From contig OY969814.1 in the NCBI GenBank assembly GCA_963703345.1, positions 672,001-736,000 of the forward strand: 64,000 nt of DNA. The letters run 5' to 3'. The position numbers were made by a program, and so were the translations under genes. Positions 19,704 through 28,474 of this stretch are shown here, piece by piece (position 1 is the stretch's first letter; each line of letters begins with the position of its first letter). Origin of the DNA: an uncultured Chloroflexia bacterium. Lineage in GTDB: Bacteria; Chloroflexota; Dehalococcoidia; DSTF01; JALHUB01. Below the pieces are notes generated by a model. It was not told the DNA's origin, searched no databases, and worked only from the letters and a program-made list of their open reading frames with translations.

Positions 19704-20426
19704 TTGAAGTTTCGACCGTCCTCCCACGCAAACTCTGACCGCCTGAGCCGGCTCTCCGTCATCGTGATGGCGCTGGGCATCGCCGCCCTGCTGGCCTCCG
19801 GCGTACTCTTCGGCCTCTCCGCCACCGGCATCATCGGCAACGGTGGCTTGGGCAGCGGCCCGGGCACCGTCAGCGGCTTCGGCAACCTCACGCCCGAGCC
19901 CTGGACGCCGCCGCCCGCGCTGCCGACACCCGACAACTCGCCGCTGACCCGACTCGTCATCTCCAAGGCGAAGGTCGACGCCAACCTCGTCACCCTCGGC
20001 CTCGACGAGAACGGCGTCATGCAATCACCCAACAACGCCTACGACGTCGCCTGGTACGACTTCAGCGCCAGGCCCGGCGCCGGCGGCAACGCCGTATTCT
20101 CCGGCCACGTCGACTATCACAACGTCGGCGCCGCTGTCTTCTGGAATCTGCGCGACCTCCTGCCCGGCGACGTAATAGAAGTCCACCTGGCGGACGGCGC
20201 CGTCTACCGCTACTCCATCGACGCCCTGAACTGCATCCCCGTCGACGGCGCGCCGATAAACCAGATCGTCGGTCCCACCTCCAGCGAGGTCGTCACCCTC
20301 ATCACCTGCTGCGGCACCTTCAATAGCTCCACGCGCCAGTACGACAAGCGCCTCATCATCCGCGGCGAGCGCCTCGTCGACGCCACGCCCACGCCCGTTC
20401 CCGAAACGCTTCCGCCGCTTTCCTAG
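19704..20426 (+). CDS. Class F sortase 4
   Basis: TM; GNAVFSGHVDY; VTLITCCG; YDKRLII. Confidence 0.88.
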   Translation: MKFRPSSHANSDRLSRLSVIVMALGIAALLASGVLFGLSATGIIGNGGLGSGPGTVSGFGNLTPEPWTPPPALPTPDNSPLTRLVISKAKVDANLVTLGLDENGVMQSPNNAYDVAWYDFSARPGAGGNAVFSGHVDYHNVGAAVFWNLRDLLPGDVIEVHLADGAVYRYSIDALNCIPVDGAPINQIVGPTSSEVVTLITCCGTFNSSTRQYDKRLIIRGERLVDATPTPVPETLPPLS

Positions 20427-20475
20427 GCCGCCCGGCGCCTGTGCTATAATCTAGCTTGCCATTGGGAGCCCCGGC

Positions 20476-20565
20476 GGAGAGGTGTCCGAGTGGTTTATGG
20501 TGCCGCTCTCGAAAAGCGGTGTCCTGGCAACGGGACCGGGGGTTCGAATCCCTCCCTCTCCGCCA
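20476..20565 (+). tRNA. tRNA-Ser(CGA)
   Basis: GGAGAGG/CCTCTCC acceptor stem; anticodon arm CCGCT-CT CGA AA-AGCGG; long variable arm; TTCGAAT; encoded CCA. TGnTATAAT promoter with TATAAT at 20445-20450. Confidence 0.95.
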
Positions 20566-20649
20566 TCGACAAGAACGTAGCCGAGACTTTCTAGTCTCGG
20601 CGTCTAATTCACTGGTCGAATCTTGGAGCCCTGGCCGGGGCACTTGGGC

Positions 20650-20737
20650 GGAGAGGTGCTGGAGTGGCCGATCAGGCACGCCTGGAGAGCGTGTGACCTT
20701 TCGGGGTCCGTGGGTTCGAATCCCACCCTCTCCGCCA
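20650..20737 (+). tRNA. tRNA-Ser(GGA)
   Basis: GGAGAGG/CCTCTCC; anticodon arm CACGC-CT GGA GA-GCGTG; long variable arm; TTCGAAT; CCA. Confidence 0.95.
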
Positions 20738-20794
20738 ATCAAGAAACGGCTCGCCGGTCGTTGCGCGCTGAAGAACCGATGAAGCGAAGAAGCC

Positions 20795-21232
20795 GTGAGT
20801 GAAGCTCGGGGAACCAAGTGCTGGCTCGTCGTGATATCAAAAGACCACGTAGAAATCGGCAAGAAGCTTGGCATCGTCCAGGCTAATCATGGCAAAGCCG
20901 CTCCCATGAAGCGGCTGAGACCCGGCGATTTAGTCGTCTTCTATTCCCCCAAGCTCCGTTTTCAGGGCAAGGAACCGTTGAAGAAGTTCACGGCTATCGC
21001 CCGCGTGAAAGAAGGCGAAGTGTATGAGGGAGACATGGGTGGTGGCCTCCGGTCTTACCGCCGGGACGCCGACTATCTTCCCTGCAACGAAGTTGACGCT
21101 TTGCCGCTCATTCCGGAGCTCAGTTTCATAAGAAACAAGCAAGCGTGGGGCTATGTCTTCAGATTCGGTCTTCTTGAGGTGCCGAAGCAAGATTTTGAGA
21201 CTATCTCCAGGAAGATGACGAAGGAAGGCTGA
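20795..21232 (+). CDS. EVE domain protein
   Basis: CWLVVISKDHV...QANHGKAAPMKRLRPGDLVVFYSPK...WGYVFRFGLLE. Confidence 0.8.
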   Translation: MSEARGTKCWLVVISKDHVEIGKKLGIVQANHGKAAPMKRLRPGDLVVFYSPKLRFQGKEPLKKFTAIARVKEGEVYEGDMGGGLRSYRRDADYLPCNEVDALPLIPELSFIRNKQAWGYVFRFGLLEVPKQDFETISRKMTKEG

Positions 21233-21267
21233 ACGACGCCACAGGGTTACCTCCGGCTCATCCTCGA

Positions 21268-21435
21268 ATGAAGATCAACAGGGAATGGCACGGAAAGAAC
21301 CGGATGCCGACGAACCCGACGCTTGCGCAGCGCATGGAGTGGCACGTGGCTCACGCCGCTAGCTGCTCCTGATGCCCCATCCTCCACAGGCTCCGCGCCG
21401 AAATCGAGCGCTTCCGAGCTGACAGAATGTCCTGA
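21268..21435 (+). pseudogene. Small His/Cys protein interrupted by an in-frame TGA (pseudogene or possible selenoprotein)
   Basis: MKINREWHGKNRMPTNPTLAQRMEWHVAHAASCS*CPILHRLRAEIERFRADRMS; TGA at 21370-21372. Confidence 0.5.
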
Positions 21436-21543
21436 GTCTCTCCAGACGACTTCGACAGGCCCTCGCCTCGGCAAGCGTCGCACTATTTGTCCAAACGATC
21501 AGCCTGCTGGCGTCTCAATTGAGACTACTGGCAAAATAGAGCT

Positions 21544-22110
21544 ATGGACAGGTTTGCCGGTGCCTTCATACTTGCCTGCTGGGCCGCCGCCCTCGGCTAC
21601 GTCTTCATCTCCGCCTTCAGCACGAAGCGGACGGTCGAGAGAGTCAGTTGGTGGTGGCGCATTCCTTTACTGCTGATAGCGGTCATCGTAATCCGCCTCC
21701 TCCCGGGCCTCGGCGGAGCTCAGTCCGGCGCCGTATTCTGGAAGCGCTCGCCGGCGGAAGAGATTACCGCCGATGCCGTCGCCTTCCTCGGGCTTGTCGT
21801 CGCCATCTGGGCGCGGACCGTCCTCGGCGGCAACTGGAGCACCGGTATAGCGTTCAAGGAGCACCAGGAGCTTGTCGAACGCGGCCCCTACCGATACGTT
21901 CGTCACCCACTGTACAGCGGTATCTTGCTCCTCTCCCTGAGCCTAGCGATATGGTTCGGCAACCTGACCGGCATCGCCATCTTCGTCATCATGTTCGCTG
22001 GGTTCTGGCTTCGTAGCCGCGAGGAGGAGAAGCTGCTGACGAGGCACTTTCCCGTCGCTTACCCCGCGTACAAGCGACGGACGAGGGCCCTCATCCCGTT
22101 CGTCTTCTGA
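21544..22110 (+). CDS. Isoprenylcysteine carboxylmethyltransferase family membrane protein
   Basis: Multiple TM helices; WAR..LGGNWS; ELVERGPYRYVRHPLYSG; EEEKLL..F...Y..Y. Confidence 0.85.
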   Translation: MDRFAGAFILACWAAALGYVFISAFSTKRTVERVSWWWRIPLLLIAVIVIRLLPGLGGAQSGAVFWKRSPAEEITADAVAFLGLVVAIWARTVLGGNWSTGIAFKEHQELVERGPYRYVRHPLYSGILLLSLSLAIWFGNLTGIAIFVIMFAGFWLRSREEEKLLTRHFPVAYPAYKRRTRALIPFVF

Positions 22111-22181
22111 GGAGGGCAAAACCAAGACAGGGCCCGCAGTAAAGGTCCTGTCTTCCCCTGGAACGGCTGCGGTTGGCCAGC

Positions 22182-22649
22182 CTAGCGCCGCGGCCGACGA
22201 CGCTTCGTCATGAACTCGTGCTTCCGACGTGCCTCCTCCTGGCCCTCCGTCATCCCCTCCCTGCCCTCCACCCACGCGTCGCCGAGGCGCTCCCGCAGCG
22301 TGCGCCAGGCGCTCTGAGCGCCGAACACGATGGCGCCCGCAATCGACGACACTCTCTCCTTCGCCACCTGCGCCCGCAGGAGCCCTTCCCTTTCGATCCG
22401 CTCGCGAAGCTCCCTCGGCTCGCCCGGAGGTTCAAGCTGCGAGCCCTTCTCGCCCTTGAGGGGCGCCAGCAGCATCGCCAGCGCCGCCCCGACGATCGCG
22501 CCGCTGAGTATCCCGCCGCAGAACCCGTGACACTTCCCACCGCAACACCTCTCGCAGCCGCAGCCGGCCTCGTGCTCCTCCGCAGCGGCCTCTTCGACCG
22601 GTTCCTCGCCGGCGGGCGCCCGCTCGTCGTCGCTATTCGTCTCGTCCAT
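22182..22649 (-). CDS. YtxH-like protein
   Basis: GILSGAIVGAALAMLLAPLKG motif followed by a coiled coil. Confidence 0.55.
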   Translation of the reverse strand: MDETNSDDERAPAGEEPVEEAAAEEHEAGCGCERCCGGKCHGFCGGILSGAIVGAALAMLLAPLKGEKGSQLEPPGEPRELRERIEREGLLRAQVAKERVSSIAGAIVFGAQSAWRTLRERLGDAWVEGREGMTEGQEEARRKHEFMTKRRRPRR

Positions 22650-22680
22650 CAGTCAGCCTCCGGTCCGTCTCGGAACGACT

Positions 22681-23004
22681 CTACGCCCGACGCTTTCGCC
22701 GGCCCAGCCCAAGCAGCGCCATCACACCGCGGCGCACAGCCGTGACGACGCCGTAAAGGCGGATAATCGGGCTCACGGTCGTATCGGCGATGAAGGCGGT
22801 CGTGCCGCGAATGTCGTCCACCACCTGTCTGGCCGAGTCCAGCGTCGGCGACACCTGCCCCTTCAGCACGGTCTTCGTCGCGCTGATCAGCCCCTTCGCC
22901 GCGACTCCGACGACGATGACCATGACAAGCGTCACGATCAGGACCAGCGCCGTAAGGCAGCCGGCGACGATTATCACGATGTCCCGGATGTCCTGGAGAT
23001 TCAT
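22681..23004 (-). CDS. Small membrane protein (DUF948-like)
   Basis: N-terminal TM helix, amphipathic helix, basic tail; precedes the YtxH-like gene. Confidence 0.55.
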   Translation of the reverse strand: MNLQDIRDIVIIVAGCLTALVLIVTLVMVIVVGVAAKGLISATKTVLKGQVSPTLDSARQVVDDIRGTTAFIADTTVSPIIRLYGVVTAVRRGVMALLGLGRRKRRA

Positions 23005-23051
23005 GTGCCACGCCTCCTTGTAGGGGAGGACTTCAGTCCTCCCGCGACTTC

Positions 23052-24137
23052 CTAATCGCCACGTATCGTCGCCGGGAAGCTTCTCGCGATGGTCCCGCCG
23101 CCGATAACCTGCTCTCCATCATAGAATACCGCAGCTTGACCCGGCGTGATCGCCCGCTGCGGCTCTCGAAATCGCACCGACGCGCAGTCGCCGCGCACCG
23201 ACAGCGTCGCCGCAACGGCCGGCGCCCGATACCGCACCTGCGCTTGAGTTACTGTCTCGCCCTCCGGCGCCCTGCCGTCGACCCAGCGCAGTTCCTCCGC
23301 CAGCAGGCCGTCGCACAGCAGGTCCTCCTCGCCGCCGATAGTGACGGCGTTCGCCTTGCTGTCTATTGCAACAACATAGCGCCTCTCGCCCAGGGCCACG
23401 CCTAGGCCGTGTCGCTGCCCCACGGTGTAGCCGCCGACGCCGCCGTGCCTGCCGACGACGCGACCCGCCGTGTCGCGGATATCGCCCGGCTCCTGTCGCA
23501 CGCGCCCGTCGATGAACGCGCGATAGTCATCGCCGACGAAGCATATCTCGAAGCTGTCGCGCTTCTCCGCGACCGGCAGCCCCATCTCCGCCGCCATCCG
23601 TCGCACCGCCGTCTTGCGGAGCTCGCCTATCGGGAAGAGCAGCCGCGATAGCTCCGCCTGCCCTACCGTGAACAACGCGTACGACTGGTCCTTCGTTTCG
23701 TCGACTGCGCGCAGCAGCCGATACTCTCCGCCTTCGCGACGAATTCGCGCGTAGTGGCCGGTCGCCAGGTAGTCCGCGCCCATCTCCATTGCGCGCTCCA
23801 GCAGCTGCTTGAACTTCACGCGGTCGTTGCAGGCCAGACAGGGATTCGGCGTCCGCCCGCGCTCGTAATCGCGACAGAAGTAGTCCACCACCTCTTCCTC
23901 GAACTCCCGCTCGAGGTTGATCACCTGGTGCGGGATGCCCAGCACGCCGCAGACTGCCCGCGCGTCGTCGGCCCCGAGCACGCAGCAGCCGCTATTCGGC
24001 GCGGCTGGACCCGCGTCCTCGCTCCACAGGCGCATCGTCACGCCGCGGACGTTGTACCCCGCGCGCAGCAGCAGCGCCGCCGCCACCGACGAATCGACGC
24101 CGCCGCTCATCGCAACAATGACACGTTTTCGGCTCAT
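23052..24137 (-). CDS. mnmA: tRNA 2-thiouridine(34) synthase
   Basis: VAMSGGVDSSVAA; GRTPNPCLACN; ATGHYA; KDQSY; ITPGQAAVFY. Confidence 0.95.
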   Translation of the reverse strand: MSRKRVIVAMSGGVDSSVAAALLLRAGYNVRGVTMRLWSEDAGPAAPNSGCCVLGADDARAVCGVLGIPHQVINLEREFEEEVVDYFCRDYERGRTPNPCLACNDRVKFKQLLERAMEMGADYLATGHYARIRREGGEYRLLRAVDETKDQSYALFTVGQAELSRLLFPIGELRKTAVRRMAAEMGLPVAEKRDSFEICFVGDDYRAFIDGRVRQEPGDIRDTAGRVVGRHGGVGGYTVGQRHGLGVALGERRYVVAIDSKANAVTIGGEEDLLCDGLLAEELRWVDGRAPEGETVTQAQVRYRAPAVAATLSVRGDCASVRFREPQRAITPGQAAVFYDGEQVIGGGTIARSFPATIRGD

Positions 24138-24208
24138 AAACGTTACCCGATAAGAAGCGCCTTTTACGGCGCTGGCGCCATGCTATAATTGTCGGCGGAG
24201 GTGCAAAT

Positions 24209-24553
24209 CTGGAAGCAAACGAACTGGCTCAGCGAGTCGTTGAGCTCCTGTCGGACAAACAGGCAATTGACATTATACTACTCGACATTGGCCAGGTTGC
24301 GAATTTCGCCGACTATTTCGTAATCGCCTCCGCCACCAACCCCCGCCAGATGCAAGCCCTTCTCGACACACTCGATGGTGACCTCAGCGCCGGCGGCGTG
24401 CCGGGCATTCGCCGCGAAGGCGAAGCGGAGTCCGGCTGGGTGCTCCTCGACCTCGGCGATGTCGTCGTCCACCTCTTCGACGCCGAAATGCGCGCCTACT
24501 ACAACCTGGAAGGCCTCTGGAGCCGCGGCGTCTCCGTCGTCCGCTTCCAGTAG
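24209..24553 (+). CDS. rsfS: Ribosome silencing factor (probable CTG start)
   Basis: Frame extends upstream of the 24350 ORF: (M)EANELAQRVVELLSDKQAIDIILLD...FADYFVIASA...SGWVLLDLGDVVVHLF...YYNLEGLW; GGAGGTG lies 5 nt before CTG 24209. Confidence 0.9.
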   Translation: MEANELAQRVVELLSDKQAIDIILLDIGQVANFADYFVIASATNPRQMQALLDTLDGDLSAGGVPGIRREGEAESGWVLLDLGDVVVHLFDAEMRAYYNLEGLWSRGVSVVRFQ

Positions 24554-24563
24554 CGGGCGCCCG

Positions 24564-25022
24564 CTACTTCTCGACGATCCACCCCTCGACGCTGCGTTGC
24601 CAATCGACGATGTCCTTCTCGTCGAAGAACAGCGCCGCTTCCCGCGCCGCCGACTCCGGCGAGTCCGACCCGTGCACGACGTTCCGTCCCAAATCGATGC
24701 CGAGGTCGCCGCGAATGCTACCCGGCGCCGCCTTTTTCGGGTCCGTCGCGCCGATCGTCTGTCGCGCCAGCTCGACGGCGTTCTCTCCCTCGAACAGCGC
24801 CGCGATTATCGGCCCCGACGTGATGAAGCCGGTCAGCGCCTTGTAGAACGGCTTGCCGATGTGCTCGGCGTAGTGCTTGGCGGCCAGCGTGCGGTCCATC
24901 TGCGTCATACGCAGCGCCACCAGCTTAAGGCCGCGCCGCTCGAACCGAGCCAGCACCTCGCCGGCCAGTCCCCGCTGCATCGCATCCGGCTTGACCAGTA
25001 TCAACGTCCTCTCAGGCATCAT
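24564..25022 (-). CDS. ndk: Nucleoside diphosphate kinase
   Basis: ERTLILVKPDA; GSIRGD; NVVHGSDS. Confidence 0.97.
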   Translation of the reverse strand: MMPERTLILVKPDAMQRGLAGEVLARFERRGLKLVALRMTQMDRTLAAKHYAEHIGKPFYKALTGFITSGPIIAALFEGENAVELARQTIGATDPKKAAPGSIRGDLGIDLGRNVVHGSDSPESAAREAALFFDEKDIVDWQRSVEGWIVEK

Positions 25023-25082
25023 CTCACTCCTAGCCTAGGTGTCTCGCGCGTATCGTGGCAGGTTGGGCAGAGACGCCCGACC

Positions 25083-25757
25083 TTACGAAACGACTGGCTT
25101 CTGCGGTCCTATCGCCGGCTCACGCAGGTACAGCGGCGACAGCGTCCGCGCGTCGTCGGCCCGTCCCGACGCCAATCGCCGCCAACCGAGGTCCGCCAGG
25201 AACCCAGCCCGACGTCGCACAGGGGCAACCGTTACCGTCTTTCCGGTCGCGTCGAGCATCGTTTGAATGTCGTCATCCTCCTCGCCGCATAAGAGCGCGC
25301 CGGCCGGCGCCTGGCGCAACAGCTCCTCCGGCGTCGACAGCCGCGGCGCTGAAAGCTCCCGCCAATTTTCGCGCGGCCCGTCGTACGCCGCCCACGCGAC
25401 CTCGCCTCGTCCCGCGCGATGCATTGCGCAGACCGGACCGCCGCAGTCGGCGTGCTGGTACGCCTCCGACTCCAGCCGACCCACGGCGACGATCGGGAGC
25501 GCCAGCGCGAAGGCAAGCCCCTTCGCCGTGCTCATCCCGACGCGCAGGCCGGCGTACCCGCCCGGGCCGCTGCAAACGAAGATCGCCTTCAGATCGCCTA
25601 TCTCGATGCCCAGCCGCGCCAAGAGGTCCTGCACCGCAGGCAAGAGCTGAACGGAATGCTGTCGCGCAGAGCGCCACGTCATCTCGCCGCGCAGCCGCCC
25701 CTCGTCGCTTATCGCGATGCTCGCCCAATCGCTCGCCGTGTCGATAGAAAGCTCCAC
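25083..25757 (-). CDS. tsaB: t6A biosynthesis protein TsaB
   Basis: GTG 25757 overlapping the tsaE stop; ELSIDTAS; HSVQLLP; GPGGYAGLRVG; PLYLREP. Confidence 0.9.
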   Translation of the reverse strand: MELSIDTASDWASIAISDEGRLRGEMTWRSARQHSVQLLPAVQDLLARLGIEIGDLKAIFVCSGPGGYAGLRVGMSTAKGLAFALALPIVAVGRLESEAYQHADCGGPVCAMHRAGRGEVAWAAYDGPRENWRELSAPRLSTPEELLRQAPAGALLCGEEDDDIQTMLDATGKTVTVAPVRRRAGFLADLGWRRLASGRADDARTLSPLYLREPAIGPQKPVVS

Positions 25758-26242
25758 TAGTCCGGCCTTGAACGCTTTGCCGGCGCCCGCGTCAGCCTTT
25801 CCGCCATCTCCCGATAACGCGTTCCCTCCGGCTCCAGCGTTAGCTCCCTTGAGCGCGCGTCCAGCCAGCGGAGGCGCACGAGCAGGCGCTCCGCGGGCAT
25901 CTGCTCCCAGGCGCGGTCCGGCCACTCGACCGCCAGCACGCCGTCGGCCGCGTTCTCCTCCAGCGCCAGCTCCGCCACCTCCTCCGGCGCCTTCAGACGG
26001 TACAGGTCGGCGAGGTACAGCCGCAGCCGCCCCTGGTACTCGTTCACCAGGACGAACGCTGAGCTCTTCACCGGCTCCGCGACGCCCAGGCCGTCGCCGA
26101 TGCCCTGCGCCAGGCAAGTCTTGCCCGCGCCGAGCTCTCCTTGCAACAGGACGATGTCGCCGGGTCGCAGGAGACGGGCCAGCCGCCGGCCGATGCCGCG
26201 CGTCGCCGCCGGGCTATCGGTTCGAAATGTGAGTGGCGCCAT
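25757..26242 (-). CDS. tsaE: t6A biosynthesis ATPase TsaE
   Basis: LLQGELGAGKT; VKSSAFVLVNEY; DLYRL; VEW. Confidence 0.93.
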   Translation of the reverse strand: MAPLTFRTDSPAATRGIGRRLARLLRPGDIVLLQGELGAGKTCLAQGIGDGLGVAEPVKSSAFVLVNEYQGRLRLYLADLYRLKAPEEVAELALEENAADGVLAVEWPDRAWEQMPAERLLVRLRWLDARSRELTLEPEGTRYREMAERLTRAPAKRSRPD

Positions 26243-26243
26243 C

Positions 26244-27278
26244 TTACGCCGGTCCGCCGGCGAAGTGGTCCCAGCCGCCGCTCGCGAAGCTCACCCCCCG
26301 CCCGCTCTCATCGACGAAGCGCACGCGGCGCTCCGCATCCTCGACGAGCGAGCCGATGACGGTGATCGGCGTCGCGAAACGGCTGCGCACTCGGTCGACG
26401 ACGGCCGCTGGGCCCGTGAACAGCAGCTCGTAGTCTTCGCCGCCGCCGACAGCCATTGCGACCGCCTCGTCCGGGAAGGTGCGCGCCAGGTGCTCGCTCA
26501 GCGGGATGTCCTTTACCCTGACCACGGCGCCGAGCCCCGACGCCTCGCAGACGTGACGCAGGTCTTGCGCCAGCCCATCGCTGATGTCGATTGCGCAGCG
26601 CACTCCCGCTCGAAGCAGCGCCTGCCCCAGCTCGACGTGCGGCCGCGGACGAAGCTGCGCCCGACGCAGGTAAGCCGCCGCTTCCGGTGAGCAGGGACGG
26701 CTCTCCAGGATGAGTCGCAGTCCTCCCGCCGCGTTCCCCAGCGAGCCGGACACGGCGATGAGGTCGCCGGCATGCGCGGCGTCGCGACGCAGGGCAAGCG
26801 GTTCGCCGCGCTGGCCTTCGCTCGCCCGTCCCGTCAGAGCGACGCTTATCGCCGTCTCTGCCGCGCGCACCACGTCGCCGCCGGCGATAAGGACGCCGTA
26901 TTCGTTGCCAGCGGCGATCATCCCGCGATACAGCGTCAGCACGTCCTCGACGAGGAAGTCCTCCGGCAGCGCCAGCGTCACGAGCGCGTATTCCGGCGTC
27001 CCGCCCATCGCCGCGATGTCGCTGATGTTGGCGGCCATCGCCTTCCAGCCCAGGTCCTCCCACCCGGAGAACTCGCGGGGAAAGTGGACGCCGGCGACGA
27101 GCGTATCCGTCGTTGCCAGGTGGGCTGTGGCGTTGCTTTGCCACAAGGCCGCGTCGTCGCCGATGCCGATGAGCAGCTTGGAGCGCGGGCCGAGCGCCTT
27201 CGATGGCCTCTGTTGCGCGCCGAGCTCCTCTTTGATGCGCTCGATGAGGCCGAACTCTCCCAATTCGGATACTTTCAC
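26244..27278 (-). CDS. thiL: Thiamine-monophosphate kinase
   Basis: GEFGLIE; GIGDDAA; NISDIAAMGG; AIDISDGL; GGEDYELLFT; GWDHF. Confidence 0.95.
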   Translation of the reverse strand: MKVSELGEFGLIERIKEELGAQQRPSKALGPRSKLLIGIGDDAALWQSNATAHLATTDTLVAGVHFPREFSGWEDLGWKAMAANISDIAAMGGTPEYALVTLALPEDFLVEDVLTLYRGMIAAGNEYGVLIAGGDVVRAAETAISVALTGRASEGQRGEPLALRRDAAHAGDLIAVSGSLGNAAGGLRLILESRPCSPEAAAYLRRAQLRPRPHVELGQALLRAGVRCAIDISDGLAQDLRHVCEASGLGAVVRVKDIPLSEHLARTFPDEAVAMAVGGGEDYELLFTGPAAVVDRVRSRFATPITVIGSLVEDAERRVRFVDESGRGVSFASGGWDHFAGGPA

Positions 27279-27319
27279 GCTCTCGATTATACCGTCCGTC
27301 TTCTCTCCCCCTCAACAGC

Positions 27320-27564
27320 CGCGCTCGGGGTGTTTGGTGGAGACGCGCTCCGGGGAGCTAGTAGTGACGTCTCAGACACGCGCTCGGGGAGCTTGTAGCC
27401 ACGCGCTCCGGGGAGCTAGTAGTGACGTCTCAGACACGCGCTCGGGGAGCTTGTAGCCACGCGCTCCGGGCTGCCGGTAGCGACGTCTCAGACACGCGCT
27501 CGGGGAGCTTGTAGCCACGCGCTCCGGGCTGCCGGTAGCGACGCCTCAGACACGCGCTCGGGGC
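27320..27564. repeat. Intergenic 58-bp tandem repeat, about 4 copies
   Basis: gacg(t/c)ctcagacacgcgctcgggg recurs at 27366, 27424, 27482 and 27540. Confidence 0.9.
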
Positions 27565-27654
27565 TACCAGAAGCTAGGCTTCTAACAGCGAGATCGCCGC
27601 TCTCCTTCTGCTATCATGAAAGCGTAGGCCCGGCGTTCGACATTCTCAACCGAC

Positions 27655-28389
27655 ATGCGCATTCTCATCGCCGCCGATATCCACGCCAACCTGGTCGCCC
27701 TCCAGGCCGTCCTGCGCCACGCCCAGGCGGAAGGCCCCATCGACCGCCTCTGGTGCCCCGGCGACGTCGTCGGCTACGGCCCCGACCCGAGAGCCTGCGT
27801 CAACCTCATTCGCGGCTTCTCCCATTTCGCCGTCGCCGGTAACCACGATTTCGCCGCCGTCGGCAAGATCCCTACCACCGACTTCAACGACGCTGCCGCC
27901 CGCGCCGCCGCTTGGACCGCGACGCAATTCACCTATGAACAGCGCCACTATCTTGAAATGCTTCCGGAAGTGGCCTACGAAGGGGACTTCACGCTCGTGC
28001 ACGGCAGCCTGCGGGCACCGCTATGGGAGTACATACTGTCGCTGCCGGCCATGGAGGCGCAATTCCGGCTCATGGAGACGCCCTACAGCGTTATCGGCCA
28101 CTCCCACGTGCCGTTTCTCGCCGAAGAGGGCAACGACGGCAAGGTATGGACTTCCGCCTGGCAGGACGGCGACCTCGTGAACCTTCCCGAGAGCCGCCTG
28201 ATCATCAATCCCGGCGCTGTCGGCCAGCCGCGCGACGGCGACCCTCGTGCCGCCTACGCCCTGTACGATTCCGATTCCCGCGCCATCACCCTCCACCGCG
28301 TCGAATACGACATCGCGGCGACCCAGCAGAAGATCATCGCTGCCGGCCTGCCGGCGTCCTTGGCCGAACGTCTGGCCTATGGGCAGTAG
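27655..28389 (+). CDS. Metallophosphoesterase family protein
   Basis: ADIHAN; GDVVGYG; GNHD; VHGS; GHSH; NPGAVGQPRDGD. Confidence 0.9.
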   Translation: MRILIAADIHANLVALQAVLRHAQAEGPIDRLWCPGDVVGYGPDPRACVNLIRGFSHFAVAGNHDFAAVGKIPTTDFNDAAARAAAWTATQFTYEQRHYLEMLPEVAYEGDFTLVHGSLRAPLWEYILSLPAMEAQFRLMETPYSVIGHSHVPFLAEEGNDGKVWTSAWQDGDLVNLPESRLIINPGAVGQPRDGDPRAAYALYDSDSRAITLHRVEYDIAATQQKIIAAGLPASLAERLAYGQ

Positions 28390-28474
28390 AGGTTGTGGTT
28401 GCTGCGGGTATAGCCGCGGGGCGCAGTGGTTGTTTCGGTTGCCTGCGGCGATTCCGTGAACGGGGAGTTCTATT

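Noticed and set aside
20476-21540. Integrative element at the tRNA-Ser genes
   Set aside because: No integrase or transposase, and I noticed no duplicated tRNA 3' end elsewhere in the window.
25083-26117. 344-aa ORF as an extended TsaB
   Set aside because: The N-terminal part is an off-frame shadow of tsaE; TsaB similarity starts at GTG 25757.
27320-27564. CRISPR array, or TPP riboswitch upstream of thiL
   Set aside because: The units are contiguous with no unique spacers and no cas genes nearby. The minus strand has CTGAGA but lacks the rest of the TPP aptamer.
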